Position numbers and translations under genes: made by a program. Shown here in pieces: positions 21,005 to 30,377 of a stretch of 64,000 bases of DNA. Below the pieces are notes generated by a model. It worked only from the letters and a program-made list of their open reading frames with translations. It was not told the DNA's origin and made no database searches. The DNA is from Candidatus Eiseniibacteriota bacterium (lineage in GTDB: Bacteria > Eisenbacteria > RBG-16-71-46 > CAVPCR01), in NCBI GenBank assembly GCA_963823555.1, contig CAWGMA010000002.1:480001-544000 (forward strand), read 5' to 3'. Position 1 is the first letter of the stretch, and each line of letters begins with the position of its first letter.

Positions 21005-21021
21005 GTCGACGTCAGGCCGAT

Positions 21022-22130
21022 CTACCAGGGATCGCGGTCGCCACCCTGGCGGTGGCACTGGCGGCAGCTGTTGCGAGCGTCGAGCGCCGTCGTCGCCCTG
21101 CTCCGTCACCGTTCCGGTCCCGACCATGTAGATCAGGCCGAACGCGTTCTGGTTGCCGTGCGACTTGTGGCACGACATGCAGGACGGGGTGAGCTCGGTG
21201 TCGGTGCCGTCGTAGCCGGTGGCCGAGCCGTAGGGCTTCGGCTTCTGGCCGGTCGGCGACATCACCTGAACCTGGTTGCCCTTGGCCGACGAGCGGTGGC
21301 GAGCGAGGAGTGCCCGCCGCCAGCGGCGCCGATGTTGACACCACCGGACGGGTGACGGACGAACTCCTCCGCCGGAGCGCCGATGCCGCCGATCTCGGGA
21401 CCGCCCACGTCACCGTGGAAGTTGGTGTGGCAGTTCTTGCAGCACGTTGGCGTAGGCCGACTTGCTCTGGTCAGGCTCGTTGAACGTGATGGCCCCGACG
21501 CCGTAGTGGTTGGCGTTGGTGCCACCCGAGACGTCCTCGTAGACCCAGGCGCCGAGGTCGTTCGCAGCCTCGACGTCACCGCGGGTGTAGCTGATGCTGG
21601 TGGACGTCCCGCCATCCACGAACAGGTTCCGGTAGCCGCCCTGGGCCGCATGGCTCCGGTCGAGCCGCGGCGTCCGACCGTGAACGGAGTGGCAGTTGGC
21701 GCAGTTCAGGCCATCCGGGTTGGCGAAGGTGCCGCCGGGAGCGATCGTCCGTCGAGCCGAGCGTGTGCCCGGTGGGCGGCGGATACAGGCCGTTCCCGCC
21801 GACCTCGTTCAAGGCGCCCGCCTGCCGGACGTAGCCGTTGCTGTGCGCTTCGAAGACGTCCGGAGCGAACGCCTGCCCGTCGTGACAGCCGAGGCAGAGA
21901 TCGTTGATGTCGTTCCGGAGCAGGTAGTGGTACGGGCCGTCGGCGCAATGGGACCATAGTTGCCCGTGCCGTTCGGGTTGTAGCCGTGCGACTGGCTGTA
22001 GTGCATGACATGGCAGTCCTGAGCAGATCAGGCCGACCCCGAAATGGTAGTCGCCGGCGAAGCCGACGGCGGCGAATGCCACCATGGCCAGCCCGACTCC
22101 CATCGCGGTCAAGAGACGCTTTAGGTTCAC
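21022..22130 (-). CDS. OmcS-like hexaheme outer-surface cytochrome (~370 aa); multiple frameshifts
   Basis: RBS AGGAGGT, GTG 22130, signal peptide. Reconstructed: GDYHFGVGLIC(S/Q)DCHVMHYS...YLL...LCLGCH...GHTLG..APGGTF...LNCANCHSVH...GGYRNL...CKNCHTNFH...RHP...CMSCHKSHG...CRQCHRQG...W-stop. Confidence 0.8.
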
Positions 22131-22165
22131 GTGAACACCTCCTGGTGGAGAAACCCGTCCCACCC

Positions 22166-23225
22166 TCAGGGCTCGGCCGTCGCCGAGTCCTCCGGATTGG
22201 ACGGAAGGCCAGAGAGTTCCAGGTTGATGACCTGACAGCGGGCACCAGCCCGTTCCAGGACCACCAGCTGGTCCTCGGCCAGAAATGCGCAAGCGGCCGG
22301 GTAGTAGAACTCGCCGGGTCCCTCGCCATAGCCCCCGATGCGCCCGCGATACCCGCCCCGGGAATCGAAGATGCTGATCGAGTGCCGGATCGTATCGGTG
22401 ACCCAGAGGGTGCTCTCCGGGCCATAGACGGCGTGGACCGCCATCGAGAACGTGCCGTCGCCGTCGCCGTGCTCTCCGAACTGGGCGAGGAGCGAGCCAC
22501 CGATCGTGTAGACCGAGATCTGGTACTTGGCCTTGGGGTCGGTGATCGCGATCTCGGTTTCGTCCGGGTTCACGGCAATGGCGATGGGGCCGATCCAGGC
22601 GCCGGTGTCCGTCTCGGGGAAGCCGAGCTGCCCCACGAAACTTCCATCGTGCTCCAGGATCATGACGCCCGAGCGAGCGCCCGAGCAAAGGAGGTAGATG
22701 CGACCGCTCCTGCCGATCGCGATGGCCGAGGGCCTGGTCTGGCCCTCGAGCTCGGCAGGAAGAGCGGGGTGCAGGATGCCGAGATGCGAGCCGCGGGGGC
22801 TCAGGACCTCGACATCGGCATTGGTGGCATCGACGACGAACATGCGGCCGCGGCGATCCAGGGCGAAGGAGGCGGGGTCGACGATGCCGCCCGACGCGTC
22901 CCATGGGGTCGTAGCGCACGGCGCCGCGCGAGCGCCCCGTCTCGTCGAAGGTGACGATGCGGCTGTTTCCGGTGTCGGAGACGAGGAAGACCCCCCGCGC
23001 CGAGTCGGCGGCGATGCCGCGGGGCCGGCGGAAGACGTCCAGGGCCGAGGGGCCGTAGAAGATGGTCTCGACGGAGCGGATGGAGGGGGCAGCAGAAGAA
23101 GCCTCATCGCCAAGCGCGCCATGCGCGGGGGCGGTGAGGCTCAAGATCGCGAGGAGGGCTCCCAGCGGGAGAAGGAGGCTCTTCGACGCGCGGTGACCCA
23201 AGTCTGCGTTTCCCCTGCCAATCAA
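22166..23225 (-). CDS. NHL-repeat beta-propeller protein, exported; frameshift near 22905; start uncertain
   Basis: FRRPRGIAAD...VSDTGNSRIVTFD, QFGEHGDGDGTF, WVTDTIRHSISIFD, IGGYGEGPGEFYYP. Hydrophobic leader LLLPLGALLAILSLTAPAHG. Confidence 0.85.
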
Positions 23226-23307
23226 AGGTGCAAAGCTCGTTCAACGCAGGAGGCGGGATAGGGAGATACCTGCCTGCATGGCGGCCGAGCGTCTGGAGGG
23301 GGGGCAG

Positions 23308-23324
23308 AGCAACTGCCGGGCCAT
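23308..23324 (-). promoter_or_regulatory. Sigma-54 (RpoN) -24/-12 promoter for the cytochrome operon
   Basis: Minus strand reads ATGGCCCGGCAGTTGCT, i.e. TGGC-N7-TTGC with exact GG-N10-GC spacing, about 80 nt upstream of the first gene. Confidence 0.7.
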
Positions 23325-23348
23325 TCGCCATTTCTGCAAAATCCGATA

Positions 23349-23361
23349 TATCAATCATTTA
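23349..23361. promoter_or_regulatory. IHF-like binding site
   Basis: TATCAATCATTTA matches WATCAANNNNTTR exactly. It lies in an AT-rich patch just upstream of the sigma-54 -24 element. Confidence 0.6.
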
Positions 23362-23752
23362 TGGATTCAATGTGGAGGCTGACCGGACTACTTCTGGACA
23401 CCTTCGACCGCCATGAGAGATTTCCCTGACAAGTTGACAGCCTGTCTACGAGCAATCGCGTGCCCGGGCCTGCTGAACATTTGGACCAGTCCAATCGGAC
23501 AGATGCGCGCCCGGGAGGGATCGGAGCCGCCAGATCGTCAGCTCAAATGCCCGTGCTAGGGGATCTTCAGGAGTGGCCAGACCCCGGGGGCGGCGTGTTT
23601 CCGGGGATTGCTGGCCCTCGCTTTCCGTACCTTCTCAGAGAGAGGACCCGCCAGGCCCGGCCGGAAATCGAGTGGGACCCGCCTCTCCTCGCCCGCGTAT
23701 ACTCGAAGCCGTCCTCGCCCACAGCCCTCACCGCCCTTGAGGAAGCAAGATC

Positions 23753-26591
23753 ATGAAGCCCTCCTCCTTCCGGGTTTCCGTCCTCCTTCTCTTCGCGTTC
23801 TTCCTGACCGCCGCTCCCACCCCGGCGCAGATGCACCAGGGCGGGCACATCCTCGGGCTTGTCGCCGATGACAGCGGCCGGCCGATCGCCGGAGCGCGGG
23901 TCGCGGCGAGTTACGGCCGCCCCGATATGCCGCCCATGCCGCCCCGACTCCGGGTTGGTTGTGACCCGGACCGACCGGGATGGCCGCTATGACCTCGATC
24001 TTCCTTTCCCTGGCTGCTACCTGGTGCACGCCGGTGCCGAGGGTGTGCAGGGTCTCTTCTATCCCGGCGTGCCCGATCCGTGGAGTGCCATCTGTATTCC
24101 GCTCGAGGGGGGAGCCGTGGTGCGGGGGATCGACTTCCGGCTCGGTCCGGCCGGCGCGATCGCCGGCCGCGTCACGGACGAGCGGAGCGGAGCGCCGATC
24201 GCCGGGGCCGTCGTCGCGGCGTGGCCGGCCTTCGATGATTCCACCGGTGGCGGCACCGTGCCTCCGCCCGGTGGCGGCGGGCAGACCCCACCTGGTGGTG
24301 GCGGCGGCTATCCCGAGTTCTCCGGCGGCCGGGCGATCACGGCTCGTGACGGCACCTACCTGATCGAGGGACTTCCCGCCGGCGACTACTTCGTTCGCGC
24401 CGAGGCCGAGGGCCACATCGCAGAATTCTACGATGATGCGCTATTTCCTGATGAGGCGACTCCGGTTGCCGTGACCGCGCCCGGCACGACGAGCGGCATC
24501 GATTTCGCTCTCGGGCGCGGCGGATGCATTCTCGGGCGTGTCGTCGACGCCGCGACCCGCGAGCCGATCGCCGGGGCGGTCGTGGCCCTGGATGGCATGG
24601 TCTGGCCGGAGCCACCGCCCGGGCCCGAACCGCCGCCCGGGCCCGAACCGCCGCCCGGCCCGGAGCCGCCGCCGCCCGGGCCCGAACCGCCGCCGCCCGG
24701 CCCGGAACCTCCGCCCTTGCCGCCGACCGAGCCAGAGCCGGGCGAAGGCGGTGTCGTGTATCCGGAGCAGGTGCACGCGATCACGGGGCCCGACGGCACC
24801 TACGAGCTATGCGGCCTCGCCCCCGGCGATTACTTCCTCCACGCGCGGGCACGCGGCTACCTCGTCGAGTTCTACAACGAGGCTGCTTGCCGCCGCGATG
24901 CGGATCCGATCTCGGTGCCTCGCGACGGCGATGTGACGGGCGTCGACTTCACGCTCGATCGCGGCGGGCGCATCGAGGGCACCATCTTCGCCGATCGCGG
25001 ATTCGCGCCCGGGGCCTGGGTGCATGCCTATCCGGCGCGGACGGACTCCACCTTCCCCGAGCCCTTGCCGCCCGAGCCGTGGCCGCCGCTCGAGTGCGGT
25101 CCAGTTCACGGCGGCCGCGCGATCGCCGATTCGTCCGGCCACTACGTGATCGCTGGGCTCGCCTCGGGGGACTATCTCGTCCTGGCCGAGCTCCCCGGCT
25201 ACCTGCCGACGTTCCACGGCGGGGGGCAGGATCCGGGCGCGGCGACACCGGTCACCGTGACGGCGCCGGATGCCACGACCGGTATCGACATCCAGCTCGA
25301 ACGCGGTGGCGTCCTCTCCGGTGTCGTCCGCGACCAGGAAAACGGAGCGCCGATCGCCCGCGCGTGGGTCGAGCTCTATTTGCCCACCATGGGGCCCGGC
25401 TATCCCGGCGGCCCCACCTACCCGAGCGATCCGCCTTACCCCGGTGACCCATCGCTGCCCGGCGACCCCGATCATCCCGACTGGCCGCCATGGGGCGGTC
25501 CGCTCCCCGGTCCCTTCGCCGCGCCGACCGACGAGCGCGGCGCCTACCGCATCGAGGGGATTCCGAGCGGCGAGTACATCGTCTTCGCCTCAGCCTTCGA
25601 GCAAGGCTATGAGCCCGAGTTCTTCCGCGAGGCGCGCTCGCCCGAGACGGCGACCCCGGTCGCGGTCCGTGCCCCGGGCGAGACGCCGGACATCGATTTC
25701 ACGCTCTCCCGCACCCGGCCCGGGGAGGGTGGACTCGGCGGACGAGTCGTCGCTGCGGAGAGCGGTGAGCCGCTCGCGAGCGCGGTCGTGGTCGCGATCT
25801 CGCTCGCCGGTCAGGCCGGCTTCGGGGTCAGCGATTCGACCGGGTTCTACTGGATCCCGGCGCTCGGCGCCGGCGAGTACTTCGTGCTCGCTGCAGCCCC
25901 CGGACGCCTGGGCGAGTTCTACGACGGCGTCACGAGCTGGGAGTACGCCACCCCCGTCTTCGTACGGGAGCCGGTCTCGGGGATCGACTTCTCGCTCGAT
26001 CTCCTCGTCGCCGGACCCGGCGTCATCACCGGCCGGGTGGTCGATGCGGGCGGCGGCGGTGTGGCTCAGGCCTGGGTCTACGCCGAGCCGATCGACCAAG
26101 GATCACCCGGGTTCACCACCAGCGGGTCCGACGGCCGTTACACGCTCGCCGGGCTCGCGGCCGGCACCTACTTCGTGCGCGCGACACGACCCGGCATGAG
26201 CGACGGCTATCACACGAACATGCCGGACCAGCCGGCGGCGATTGCAGTGGCGGGGACCCCGCTCTCGGGAGTCGACATCGTCCTCGGCCAGGGCGTGCCG
26301 CCCGCCGGCGGTTCGGTTCGTCTCGAGCCGAGCGTGCCCAATCCGTTCCGCGACGAGACCGCGATCCGGGTCACGGTCGAGAGCGGCGGCGTGCCGCTCA
26401 GCGTCGACATCGTTGACGTCACCGGCCGGCTCGTCAGGCGCTACCAGGTAGCGCAGGCGACGATGGGCACGAACTCAGTCGTCTGGGACGGCAAGGACTC
26501 GGCGGGCCGGCTGGCCCCGAGCGGGGTGTACGTCTGCCGCGCCACGGCAAACGGCAAGGTGGTGACCGGGCGCCTCGTGCTGCTCCGGTGA
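23753..26591 (+). CDS. Secreted protein with tandem carboxypeptidase-regulatory-like (CnaB-type beta-sandwich) domains, Pro-rich linkers and C-terminal FlgD-Ig-like domain; frameshift near 23940
   Basis: Signal peptide in the 23753 frame. About seven G.I.GRV.D...PIAGA.V...T..DG.Y.I.GL..GDY.V.A...EFY...GIDF.L units; C-terminal PNPF...WDGKDSAGRLAPSGVY. Confidence 0.85.
24606..24722 (+). repeat. Coding tandem repeat (PEPPP(P)G) x5
   Basis: Imperfect 18-21 bp units such as CCCGAACCGCCGCCCGGG. Confidence 0.9.
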
Positions 26592-26634
26592 TTCCCCGGG
26601 TGGCTCCGGTTCCCGACTGCGCTATGATGGGGCG

Positions 26635-27840
26635 GTGGACCCATCGACCATGAAGCCACCGCCCCATCTCGTTGCCCCGCCGCGCGACGACGCCGAGCTC
26701 TCGGCCCTCCTCGACGTGCTCGCGCGAGTCTTCAACTTTCCGCGCGAGTACGCCAATCATTACGTCGAGCACCTCGGTCGTGAGAACATGCGCGTGCTCC
26801 GCGCTGATGGTGTCGTGGCCGGTGGGCTGGCGCAGCTCCCCATGGCGCAGTACTACGGCGGACGGAGCGTCCCGATGGCGGGGATCGCCGTCGTCGGCGT
26901 GTCGCCGGCGGCACGGAGCTCGGGCGGGGCCACCGCCCTCATGCGTGCCACCCTCGAGGACCTGCGCGCGCGCCGGATCGCCCTCTCGGTCCTCTATCCG
27001 GCCACCGTGCCGCTCTACCGGCGGGTGGGTTACGAGTTCGCGGGGAGCCGCTACGAGATTCGCCTCATCCTCCGCCAGCTCCATCTCCGCGATCGCGGCC
27101 ATGCGATCCGACCCATCACCGACGCTGATGCGGCAGCGGTCGAGGCCATCTACGAGAAGCATGCGCGGAACACCGCTGGCTTCATCGATCGCTCGGCCTT
27201 CATCTGGCGGCGCGTGCGCGCGCCGCGCTGGGAACCGGCCGAAGGCTATCTCGCCGTGAATCCGGCGACCGGCGAGGCCGAGGGCTACGTCTACTATCAG
27301 CGCAAGGAGAGCCCGGAAGCCGCATACCTGCTCCAGCTCTCGGACATCGTTGCACTCACGCCCGCTGCCGGCCGGCGCCTCCTGAGCTTCCTCGCCGACC
27401 ACCGCTCGATGGCCGATCTCGCGATCTACGCCGGGAGCGCCTGCAATCCCCTCATCCGCCTCCTGCCGGATCGCGCGTCCCCGGTGCGGCTCTTCGATCA
27501 CTGGATGCTTCGCCTCGTCGATCTCGAGCGCGCGCTCGAGGAACGCGGCTATCCGGCGGGCCTGGCGGCCGAGATCCATCTCGAGGTCGCCGATGACGTG
27601 CTCGCAGCGAACAGCGGGCGGATGGTGCTCACGGTAACGGACGGGCGGGGGAGCGTGCGCGAGGGTGGCCGGGGCGAGATCCGCGTCGATATCCGCGGCC
27701 TCGCCGCGCTCTACACCGGGCATGCGACACCCTGGGAGGTCGCAGCCGCGGGCCAGCTCACGGCAATCGCCGAGGCTCCGCTCGCCCTTCTCGCTGCCGC
27801 CTTCGCCGGCCCGGCGCCCGCGATGCCCGACTTCTTCTAG
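26635..27840 (+). CDS. Eis-like (enhanced intracellular survival) GNAT acetyltransferase
   Basis: GIAVVGVSPAAR..G.ATALM, SVLYPA...LYRRVGYE. C-terminal SCP2-like domain (LAALYTG) ending PDFF. Confidence 0.9.
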   Translation: MDPSTMKPPPHLVAPPRDDAELSALLDVLARVFNFPREYANHYVEHLGRENMRVLRADGVVAGGLAQLPMAQYYGGRSVPMAGIAVVGVSPAARSSGGATALMRATLEDLRARRIALSVLYPATVPLYRRVGYEFAGSRYEIRLILRQLHLRDRGHAIRPITDADAAAVEAIYEKHARNTAGFIDRSAFIWRRVRAPRWEPAEGYLAVNPATGEAEGYVYYQRKESPEAAYLLQLSDIVALTPAAGRRLLSFLADHRSMADLAIYAGSACNPLIRLLPDRASPVRLFDHWMLRLVDLERALEERGYPAGLAAEIHLEVADDVLAANSGRMVLTVTDGRGSVREGGRGEIRVDIRGLAALYTGHATPWEVAAAGQLTAIAEAPLALLAAAFAGPAPAMPDFF

Positions 27841-27920
27841 CAGGCGGTGCTCGCCCACGCCCGATTTCGCGGGCCTCGCGCGGCGTTCTTTCCTGGTCCA
27901 GCCGGCCGGCCGCGCCTATA

Positions 27921-28814
27921 ATGCGCCCCATGCTTGGCTCCCGGTCCCGCCGAGTCGTCATGATCCTCGTCCTCCTCCTCGCCACCTGCTCCGTGGCGTG
28001 GGCGGAGGGGGATGCGGCCGACGAACCAGCCGTCCCGGAAACCCGCTGGTTCGCCACCGAGCGGCTCAACATCTTCATCCCCTTCGTCATCTTCACCGGG
28101 CTCGTGGGTTCCTTCATCGCGCTCGCCCGACGCGGCTCCCAGCTCTTCGTGCGCCGCATCGCCGGGCTCGACGCCATCGACGAGGCCATCGGCCGCGCCA
28201 CCGAGATGGGTCGTCCCATCCTCTACTCACCCGGCCTCGACGAGATGGATCAGCCGGGCACCGTGGCCTCGATCAATATCCTGGGCCAGGTCGCCGAGAA
28301 GGCGGCCACGTATGACTCGCGTGTCACCGTGCTCAACCGCGACCCGATCGTGATGAGTGTCGCCCAGGACGTGGTCAGGAGCGGCTACCTGCGCGCCGGA
28401 CGCCCCGACCTCTTCCGTGAGGAGGATGTCTTCTACGTCACCTATAGCCAGTTCGGGTATGCAGCGGGGGTGGCCGGCTTCATGGTGCGCGAGCGGCCCG
28501 CAGCCAACTTCTTCCTCGGCCGTTTCTATGCCGAGTCGCTGGTGATGGCCGAGACCGGACAGACCACGGGCGCCATCCAGATCGCGGGCACCGACTCCGA
28601 TGCCCAGCTCCCCTTCTTCATCACCGCCTGTGACTACACGCTGATCGGGGAGGAGCTCTACGCCGCCTCGGTCTATCTGGCGCGGGAACCGCTGCTCCTC
28701 GGGAGCCTGAAGGCCCAGGACATGGCCAAGCTCCTGATCATCGTCTTCATCGTGCTGGGTGTGGTCGGCGGGTTCCTGGGCGTGTCCCTCGACTTCTGGA
28801 CGGCCGCCGGATAG
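27921..28814 (+). CDS. DUF6754-like membrane protein (module copy 1, gene A)
   Basis: RRIAGLDAIDEAIGRATEMGRPIL...FYAESL..AETG...GAIQIAGT...QLPFF..ACDYTLIGEELYAAS.YL. Clear paralog of 41563..42837. Confidence 0.85.
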   Translation: MRPMLGSRSRRVVMILVLLLATCSVAWAEGDAADEPAVPETRWFATERLNIFIPFVIFTGLVGSFIALARRGSQLFVRRIAGLDAIDEAIGRATEMGRPILYSPGLDEMDQPGTVASINILGQVAEKAATYDSRVTVLNRDPIVMSVAQDVVRSGYLRAGRPDLFREEDVFYVTYSQFGYAAGVAGFMVRERPAANFFLGRFYAESLVMAETGQTTGAIQIAGTDSDAQLPFFITACDYTLIGEELYAASVYLAREPLLLGSLKAQDMAKLLIIVFIVLGVVGGFLGVSLDFWTAAG

Positions 28815-28830
28815 GGGAGGGCGAGGACGC

Positions 28831-29490
28831 ATGCTCCAGCGCACCGGACCCCTGGTCTTCGCCATCGTCTTCGGCGTCTTCATGGCGCTCCAGTACTTCA
28901 TCCCGCACCCCGCGATCGTCCGCTTCTACAACCTGGTCCTCGACTGGAAGCAGGTCGTCTTCGGCTGCACGCTCACCCTCGGCATCTTCAGCCTCCTCCG
29001 CTTCCATGGCCGCAAGGTGGCGCGCCGGGACCGCGGCGCCTTCTTCAGCGGGGTCGCCCTGGTGTCGTGCCTGGCCACGGTCGCCTGCGGCATCTTCTTC
29101 GGCATCGAGACCGGACCCTATCGCTGGCTCTTCGATCGCGTGCAGGCCCCGATGCAGGCGACCCTGTTCTCGATGCTCGCCTTCTTCGTCGCCTCCGCTT
29201 CCTATCGGGCCTTTCGCGCCCGCTCGGTCCACGCCACGCTGCTCCTCGTGGCCGGCTGCATCGTGATGCTGGGACGGGTGCCGACGGGTGATCTCATCGG
29301 CTTCGACGTGGGCGGGGCGCGCTACTCGCTCGCCGGGCTCGCGAGCTGGCTCCTCGACATTCCGAATCTTGCGGCAAAGCGCGGAATCCTGATCGGGGTC
29401 GGCCTCGGCATGATCTCGACCTCGCTCCGCATCATCCTCGGCATCGAGCGCGCGTACCTCGGACAGTCGCGCCAGCAAGGTGGATCATGA
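28831..29490 (+). CDS. Conserved polytopic membrane protein (module copy 1, gene B)
   Basis: ATLFSMLAFFVASASYRAFR and W..DIPNLAAKRGILIGVGLG...ILGIER. Paralog of 40898..41521. Confidence 0.85.
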   Translation: MLQRTGPLVFAIVFGVFMALQYFIPHPAIVRFYNLVLDWKQVVFGCTLTLGIFSLLRFHGRKVARRDRGAFFSGVALVSCLATVACGIFFGIETGPYRWLFDRVQAPMQATLFSMLAFFVASASYRAFRARSVHATLLLVAGCIVMLGRVPTGDLIGFDVGGARYSLAGLASWLLDIPNLAAKRGILIGVGLGMISTSLRIILGIERAYLGQSRQQGGS

Positions 29491-30377
29491 ACGGCGGCGG
29501 CAGAGAGCACGGCTGGGTCGAGCGCCTGGTGGCCTTCGATCGCCGCTGGATCTATCTCTTGATGGCGATCGCGGTCGCCTTGCCCATGCTCTTGCCGCTC
29601 AAGCTCCCGATCGTGGTCTCGAAGGAGGTCGCGGCCTTTCATCGCGAGATCGAGGCCTTGCAGCCTGGGGACGAGGCGTTGCTCTCGATCGACTATGAGC
29701 CCGATGTCATGGCCGAGCTCGATCCCATGACCGAAGCCGTTCTCGACCGCCTGTTCGCCAAGGGCGTCAAGGTCATCTGCATGACCAACTACGCGGGTGG
29801 AGTCGGGGTCGCCCAGCGCCAGCTCGAGGCGGCGGCCACACGTTATGGCAAGGTCGACGGCACCGATTATGTCTTCCTCGGTTACAACCCGGACTGGTCG
29901 GGCACCATGCTCCGTCTGGGGGAGAGCATCCGCGCCACCTTTCCGGTCGATCAGTTCGGGCACCCGACCAAGGACCTTCCGGTGCTGGCGGCGTGCAATG
30001 CCTACAAGGACATCGAGCTCCTGGTCTCGATCTCGGGGAGCGCGCTCTCCGAATACTGGGCGGCCTACGCCGGGGCGCGCTACGGGCAGCGCATGGTGTC
30101 GGGGAACACGGCGATCCAGGCCATCTTCATCTATCCCTTCTTCCAGTCCGGACAGATCAAGGGTTTCCTCGGCGGGCTCAAGGGGGCGGCGGAGTACGAG
30201 ACCTTGATCGAGCGCCCGGCCTTCGGTGTCCGCGGCATGGGCTCGCAGTCGGCGGGGCACATCCTCATCGTCGCCGCCGTCATCCTCGGCAATGTCGGCT
30301 ACTTCGCCATGCGGAAGCGGGGCACCGCGACGAGCGGCAACCGTCTCAAGAGCCTCGATCCGGAGGGCCGCTCATGA
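29487..30377 (+). CDS. Conserved membrane-anchored protein (module copy 1, gene C)
   Basis: DRRWIY, IDYEP..AELDPM, DYVFLGY, YPFFQSGQI.G.LGGLKGAAEYE. Paralog of 40016..40876. Confidence 0.85.
   Translation: MNGGGREHGWVERLVAFDRRWIYLLMAIAVALPMLLPLKLPIVVSKEVAAFHREIEALQPGDEALLSIDYEPDVMAELDPMTEAVLDRLFAKGVKVICMTNYAGGVGVAQRQLEAAATRYGKVDGTDYVFLGYNPDWSGTMLRLGESIRATFPVDQFGHPTKDLPVLAACNAYKDIELLVSISGSALSEYWAAYAGARYGQRMVSGNTAIQAIFIYPFFQSGQIKGFLGGLKGAAEYETLIERPAFGVRGMGSQSAGHILIVAAVILGNVGYFAMRKRGTATSGNRLKSLDPEGRS

Noticed and set aside
23226..23247. Alternative sigma-54 site TTGAACGAGCTTTGCA next to the NHL gene start
   Set aside because: It lacks the invariant GG at -24; the site at 23308-23324 matches much better.
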